Positions 61,921 through 64,000 of a DNA stretch of 64,000 bases are shown piece by piece. The number at the start of each line of letters is the position of its first letter. The stretch's first letter is position 1. The stretch is taken from the NCBI GenBank assembly GCA_047967505.1, contig CM106538.1; one strand, written 5' to 3'. The DNA comes from Dipteris shenzhenensis. Taxonomy: Eukaryota. The position numbers were made by a program, and so were the translations under genes. A model generated the notes under the pieces. The model saw only the letters and a program-made list of their open reading frames with translations. It ran no database searches and was not told the DNA's origin.

Positions 61921-64000
61921 TTGTCCACCTTCAAATAATTTCTAAAAAAAGAACTTTGTTGTTGTTTCAAGATGATTGAGGAAGACAATGGTGGATGGCT
62001 AGGTCATTGCAACAAAAATGGCTTGATGCCTAGCTCAAGTTATGAGGATGGGAGTAAGGTGGTGTTTGGTGTAGAGGGAGAAGTGGCTTGCATGGGCCAA
62101 GAGAATTTGAAAGAGGAGAGAGGCTAGATGTGGAAGAAGAAGAGAGGGGGTTGGGGATACTTTTATAAGAAAGGAGGTGGGAGGGTGGAATTTAGTCAAC
62201 ACTTCTGCACCCTAGAAAATTTCCACCTTTATGTAAGTAGGATAAATTGGATTTTCAAAGTCCCTTTTTTGTGTATAGGGGTTAGGACATGTACAACTTT
62301 TAACATTTCATTGCCTGTAAATTTTCATGGATATGTCAATTGATTTTTTGTAAAAAGGAGAAATATTCAAGGTCTATGCTCTACACATTGATACCCATTG
62401 CATGGCCTAATTCATTGTTTAATTGGGCATTTGGATCAAGAACATGACATTCCTAAGTTGGTAATTGAAGGTTTTGGTTGGATTATTGTTTTTGTCTATA
62501 GTTGGAAATATTTTAGCTCTCTTAGCCTTTCAATGGTATGACAATAATAGTTTGTTTTTGTTCTTCACACATGCTTGTGCATGTCTACTTTTGCTTAAGA
62601 TGCTAGTCTCTGCAATAATGGTACGTCATTTGAATGGTTCCAATGCTAGTATAGATATAAGGGGTGTCATCATTGTAGTATATTTGTTACTTAGGACCTC
62701 GACTCATGGTTCGGTAAGAGCAAGTGTGAAAAGTAGAGGTTGCACATACTTGTATGAAATAGTGATTCATCAACATGGTTATGTAATGAAGGCTTTCACC
62801 TCCATTGGGAGTTTAAGGTTTAGGAGGAGGTTTTAGTGTTCAAAAGGAGATCGGTGGGTTAGAAAGATGTTCTGGGGTTTATAATAGTGTACACGGTGTA
62901 CTCATCTCCCTTATAGAAATGAATCATAAAAGTGATATCCTCACAAGTATTAAATACAACAATAGATTACACACTTTCTTATCAAATACATTAATCTTGT
63001 CAATAGAATTTGAGAGTTCTTTAGTCTCCTTTGCACCTCCGAACTCTCCGAAAGTTTGATTGCTTAATAATCTGCAAGATGCAATACAAGTGGACATCCT
63101 TGTTGCACTTGACACCCCTTTTCTCCATCTTCCTCCTATGCATCCATTTATCCTACCTTCACATTTTCCTTCCCCTCAACTCCTGAAATTGTAATAACCA
63201 AACATTACAAAAGTTTTGGACTCAAAAAGGGGCCTTGTAACAGAGCACTCGGGCTAGTGACATGGAATGATGAGGTGAATAAAACTAACTAAAATATTGG
63301 ATAGTGGAGGGTAATAGAGCATTGGAAATGGATTGACTTCCCTATTTCTTTATTCAAAGGCCTTAAGTTTGATGTAGGCCTCCCACTTGCTACCTCCACT
63401 AAATCATCACGTTTCTCAATATTAACCAACTTGAAAAACCTAGCTCCTCAACAAACTTGCACCATTTGTCTTGAAACCAAATCCTCCCATCCACCTACTA
63501 CACTCCTATCATTCTCTATCATTTCTCTTCCCTCTCCCTCATTTTGGAACTCCATTTTGATTTTTAAAAACTCCACCCCTATTTTTGAATCTCTTCCTTT
63601 CTTTTGAGTGGGAGGCTCATATCTTTATTTTCCCAATCATGGGATGGAATCTCCTGCCAAAATCTCATCATTTCCCTTGTCTACATGCATTTCCTACCCA
63701 TTTCACTTTCATTCTTCCAAAACTTTCAAGATTTTGAATGAGATTTACCCCGACTTCTTCTTGCTCTATTTTGGGAACTTTTCTTTCAAATCTCAGCACT
63801 TCTCTCAATACCATGAATGATACAAGGTGTTTCAAGTCTAGAATGAGCTACTGGATGAGATTCTTTGAGAGAAGATGAAAGAAGATTGATTTTCAAGCAT
63901 TGCAATTGCTTATGCATGAAAATCAACCCATGTATCAACTGGTCTATGAGGGGGCATGATTTGAGAGCACTTGTGAAGTTTTGTGGCCTATCAAAGCAAC

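Noticed and set aside
62200-64000. Possible decayed retroelement coding sequence
   Set aside because: No diagnostic motif could be read in any frame; left unassigned.

Overview
Eukaryotic, intron-containing, TE-dense plant DNA. The large TE-filled intron and the TE families suggest a large-genome seed-free plant such as a fern, but that is inference only. One host gene is present on the + strand: a 7-exon U-box gene of the PUB62/PUB63 type (CDS 75-28609, 560 aa after manual splicing). The ORF track shows it only as fragments because a 22.5-kb intron (5073-27587) splits the U-box. That intron holds a nested stack of degenerate elements: Copia, gag-only Copia, chromovirus-type Gypsy, a LINE fragment and four copies of a short structured retroposon end. 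Downstream are a tRNA-like SINE candidate, an intron-containing Sola2-like DNA transposase pseudogene interrupted by two Copia insertions, and a + strand Gypsy with extra post-pol ORF remnants, a nested solo LTR and a nested gag-only element. The most notable observations are: a ~550-bp array of ~35 GTAC (SBP/SPL core) motifs in a Copia leader; a duplicated splice acceptor that creates a stop-codon isoform of the U-box gene; inverted retroposon copies near both ends of the giant intron; and a stem-loop enclosing the PPT in three unrelated Copia elements. All counts and alignments were done by eye; no database searches were run.
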